From an uncultured Methanosarcinales archaeon (GTDB taxonomy: Archaea; Nanobdellota; Nanobdellia; Woesearchaeales; GW2011-AR4), in NCBI GenBank assembly GCA_964524225.1, contig CAZGEW010000001.1, positions 1 through 38,050 of the forward strand: a stretch of DNA of 38,050 nucleotides, written 5' to 3'. Both the position numbers and the translations under genes were made by a program. This document shows, piece by piece, positions 34,657 through 38,050 of this stretch. Within the stretch, counting starts at the first letter, position 1. Each line of letters begins with the position of its first letter. The notes beneath the pieces were generated by a model. That model was not told where the DNA came from and ran no database searches. It worked only from the letters and a program-made list of their open reading frames with translations.

Positions 34657-35814
34657 ATGGTATTTTTAATAAAATTTATTGATAAGTACATTGGCAATTT
34701 AATATGTAATTTTCTAGCTCTATTTAACAAAAAGAAAACTATAAAAACTATAGATAATAAAGAGATTATAAAAAAAATATTAATAGTCCAACTTTGGGGC
34801 ATTGGCGAAACAATTTTAACCTTGCCTTCAATTGAAGCTGTAAGGCAGAATTTTGAAGATGCTGAGCTTAATGTCTTAGTGACATTACGAAATAAAGACG
34901 TATTTTTTAATAATAAGAACATTGACAGGGTTTTGACTATAAAATTAAATCCTATACCAATTATTATTTTTATTTTAAAAAACATAAAAAAATACGACTT
35001 AGTTATAGATATGGAAGAGTACCTTAACATTTCAGCAATCCTATCATTTTGTGTTGGAAAATACATAATTGGGTATTCTCATGGAACTAGGGCAAGACTA
35101 TACACACGTAAAGTAAAATATAATGACAAGCAGCATGTGCTACAAACATTCTTGGATTTGGTGAGGGAGATAGGAATTAATTATAACACAGAAAAATTAC
35201 CAAAATTAAATTATTCAAAAAATGACATGAATGTTGTGAATAGATATCTTAAAAATAATAAGATAAAAAAAGATGATTTTATTGTTTGTATTGCTCCAGG
35301 TGTTGCAGAATCTGCTAAATCAAGAATCTGGCTCAATGACAGCTACGCAGAACTTTGTGACGAGATAATAATAAAATATGATGCAAGGATAATATTTGTC
35401 GGAGTTCTAAGTGAATATGGATTGATAAAAACAATACAAGATAAGATGGAAAGTAAACATAGAACAATAAATGCAGCTGGACAAGTGACATTGAACCAAT
35501 TATTCTACTTAACTAGCAAATCAAGGTTATTTATTGGCAGTGACTCAGGCAGTATGCATATTGCAGCTGCTCAAGGAGTAAAAACAATAGGCTTATTTGG
35601 ACCTAATTTACCCGTGAGATTTGGACCGTATGGAAAAGCTAATATCGGATTGTATAAGGGTTATAATTGTGAATTTAGTCCATGCATTAATGTCCATAAA
35701 GGTGAGGTGCCTGATTGCTTGTACCCAAGAAATAGCAATGACTATCAAAAGTGCATGAAGAACATTAGTGTTAACGATGTTTTGAAAGAGGTTGAAAGGT
35801 TAGTTAAGATATAG
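34657..35814 (+). CDS. GT9-family glycosyltransferase (heptosyltransferase-like)
   Basis: ILIVQLWGIGETILTLPSIEAV (N-terminal GT9 motif), IAPGVAESAKSRIW, LFIGSDSGSMHIAAAQGVKTIGLFGP, and C-terminal C..PC....C....KCMKNISVNDV. Confidence 0.75.
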   Translation: MVFLIKFIDKYIGNLICNFLALFNKKKTIKTIDNKEIIKKILIVQLWGIGETILTLPSIEAVRQNFEDAELNVLVTLRNKDVFFNNKNIDRVLTIKLNPIPIIIFILKNIKKYDLVIDMEEYLNISAILSFCVGKYIIGYSHGTRARLYTRKVKYNDKQHVLQTFLDLVREIGINYNTEKLPKLNYSKNDMNVVNRYLKNNKIKKDDFIVCIAPGVAESAKSRIWLNDSYAELCDEIIIKYDARIIFVGVLSEYGLIKTIQDKMESKHRTINAAGQVTLNQLFYLTSKSRLFIGSDSGSMHIAAAQGVKTIGLFGPNLPVRFGPYGKANIGLYKGYNCEFSPCINVHKGEVPDCLYPRNSNDYQKCMKNISVNDVLKEVERLVKI

Positions 35815-35827
35815 TAACTTTACAAAA

Positions 35828-37095
<1,268 letters not shown>

Positions 37096-37116
37096 TAAAT
37101 ATTTATCATTTTTTTC

Positions 37117-37512
37117 TTAATATTTTTCATCCCAAGGATGTGGAAGTAAATCTTTAAGTTTAACTACTTTGTTGTTTCCAATTATAATCTCTGTATTCAG
37201 ATTTTCTTCATGGATTTGATGCATAAATTCTCGACATCTTCCGCAAGGAGGTCCAGCGATTCCATTTTCAAAAACTGCCACAATTCTTTTAATTATATAC
37301 TCACCATGTGTAACCATTGCTGCAATAGCGCTGTGTTCGGCACAAAATCCCATGCCTGAACAAGTATCAATACAAACACCAAGGTAAACATTACCTTTAT
37401 CGGTAACTAATGCACAACCAACATCCCCCACTATAAACCCATGTTTAATTTTTCTTAATTTTACTACAGATTTTGCCTTTTCAATTAATTCCTTGTTCGT
37501 GATTTGTTTCAT
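37117..37512 (-). CDS. cdd: Cytidine deaminase (homotetrameric type)
   Basis: Zinc-binding motifs CAEHSAI and PCGRCREFM; 131 aa. Confidence 0.9.
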   Translation of the reverse strand: MKQITNKELIEKAKSVVKLRKIKHGFIVGDVGCALVTDKGNVYLGVCIDTCSGMGFCAEHSAIAAMVTHGEYIIKRIVAVFENGIAGPPCGRCREFMHQIHEENLNTEIIIGNNKVVKLKDLLPHPWDEKY

Positions 37513-37542
37513 GATATAAAAATTATATATGTTAAGAAATTT

Positions 37543-38050
37543 CTAAATCCTCTCCACACTCAACTTCCCTTTCTCAACCTTCAGGACAACCTCATCTTTT
37601 TCTCCAAACTGCGCAATGTCAGTCACAATCTTCGGCAATAAAATCCTTGAAGCCCTGAAATCAAGATTGGTTATAATCTGTTGTGCAATTTCTCCGCTTA
37701 AGCCAAGGTCTTCAAAAATTTTTAAAGTTGCTTCATCCCTATCTCTTGCAGAAAATATTTCAGATTTTTCAAATAGAAATTTTGCAATTTTATCAGCAAT
37801 ATTTATACTTGTAGCTTTGGTTATACCCTGTAATCCAGGTGATAAATTTGCCTCAATGACCATTGGCCCCTTTGCACTTTCAAGCATGTCAACAGCACAT
37901 ATCTCTGCTCCTATTGAAATGGCTGTATCAATTGCTATGCTTTTAGTCTTTTGGTCTAAGGTGCAAGCTTCTCCTGTACCACCTGCATGTATGTTGGCTC
38001 TCATTTCACCTCTTATAGCTTTTCTTTTCATTGAAGCAACAACTCTGTCG
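37543..38050 (-). CDS. RimK/LysX-type ATP-grasp ligase, C-terminal part (gene continues past the window end)
   Basis: RANIHAGG, ICAVDMLES..GPMVIEANLSPGLQGI are RimK-family blocks. The frame stays open to position 38050. About 75 aa of C-terminal sequence beyond the ATP-grasp core is unassigned. Confidence 0.75.
   Translation of the reverse strand, partial: DRVVASMKRKAIRGEMRANIHAGGTGEACTLDQKTKSIAIDTAISIGAEICAVDMLESAKGPMVIEANLSPGLQGITKATSINIADKIAKFLFEKSEIFSARDRDEATLKIFEDLGLSGEIAQQIITNLDFRASRILLPKIVTDIAQFGEKDEVVLKVEKGKLSVERI

Noticed and set aside
34620-35066. 148-aa minus-strand ORF overlapping the start of the GT9 gene.
   Set aside because: It is antisense to a gene with clear GT9 motifs, and its hydrophobic, low-complexity translation is typical of AT-rich antisense frames.

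Overview
AT-rich archaeal chromosomal segment. The gene set (A-type ATP synthase, GatE, HMf-type histone, AglB, intron-containing tRNA), low GC and tight packing suggest a small-genome, DPANN-like archaeon; that assignment is inference. Layout: (1) gatE, preceded by an overlapping free-standing LAGLIDADG gene. (2) A membrane protein with an AN1 zinc finger, Cys-rich repeats and a CAP domain. (3) An atpHIKECFABD A-type ATPase operon on the minus strand. Its atpA carries a 506-aa LAGLIDADG intein inside the P-loop. Three non-ATPase genes interrupt the operon, and perfect hairpins flanked by A- and T-tracts punctuate it. (4) A tRNA-Arg(CCU) that seems to carry two non-canonical introns. (5) gltX, a histone, and a ChlI/MoxR-like AAA+ plus vWA pair. 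(6) A glycan-biosynthesis island of about 14 kb: Wzx-like flippase, a divergent trio of poorly characterised genes, geranylgeranyl-reductase homolog, AglB, GT2, a small membrane protein and GT9. (7) purA, cdd and a partial RimK-type ATP-grasp gene. The most interesting signal lies inside the island. A 969-aa fusion (cytidylyltransferase + PPDK-like ATP-grasp + phosphohistidine swivel domain) is followed 1 nt later by a peptidase-C26 amidohydrolase. These are the three enzyme folds of the Campylobacter jejuni phosphoramidate (MeOPN) precursor pathway, Cj1418/Cj1417/Cj1416. Here they occur in an archaeon, partly fused, and next to the N-glycosylation machinery. All calls rest on motif reading of the supplied translations and the DNA by eye; no searches were run.
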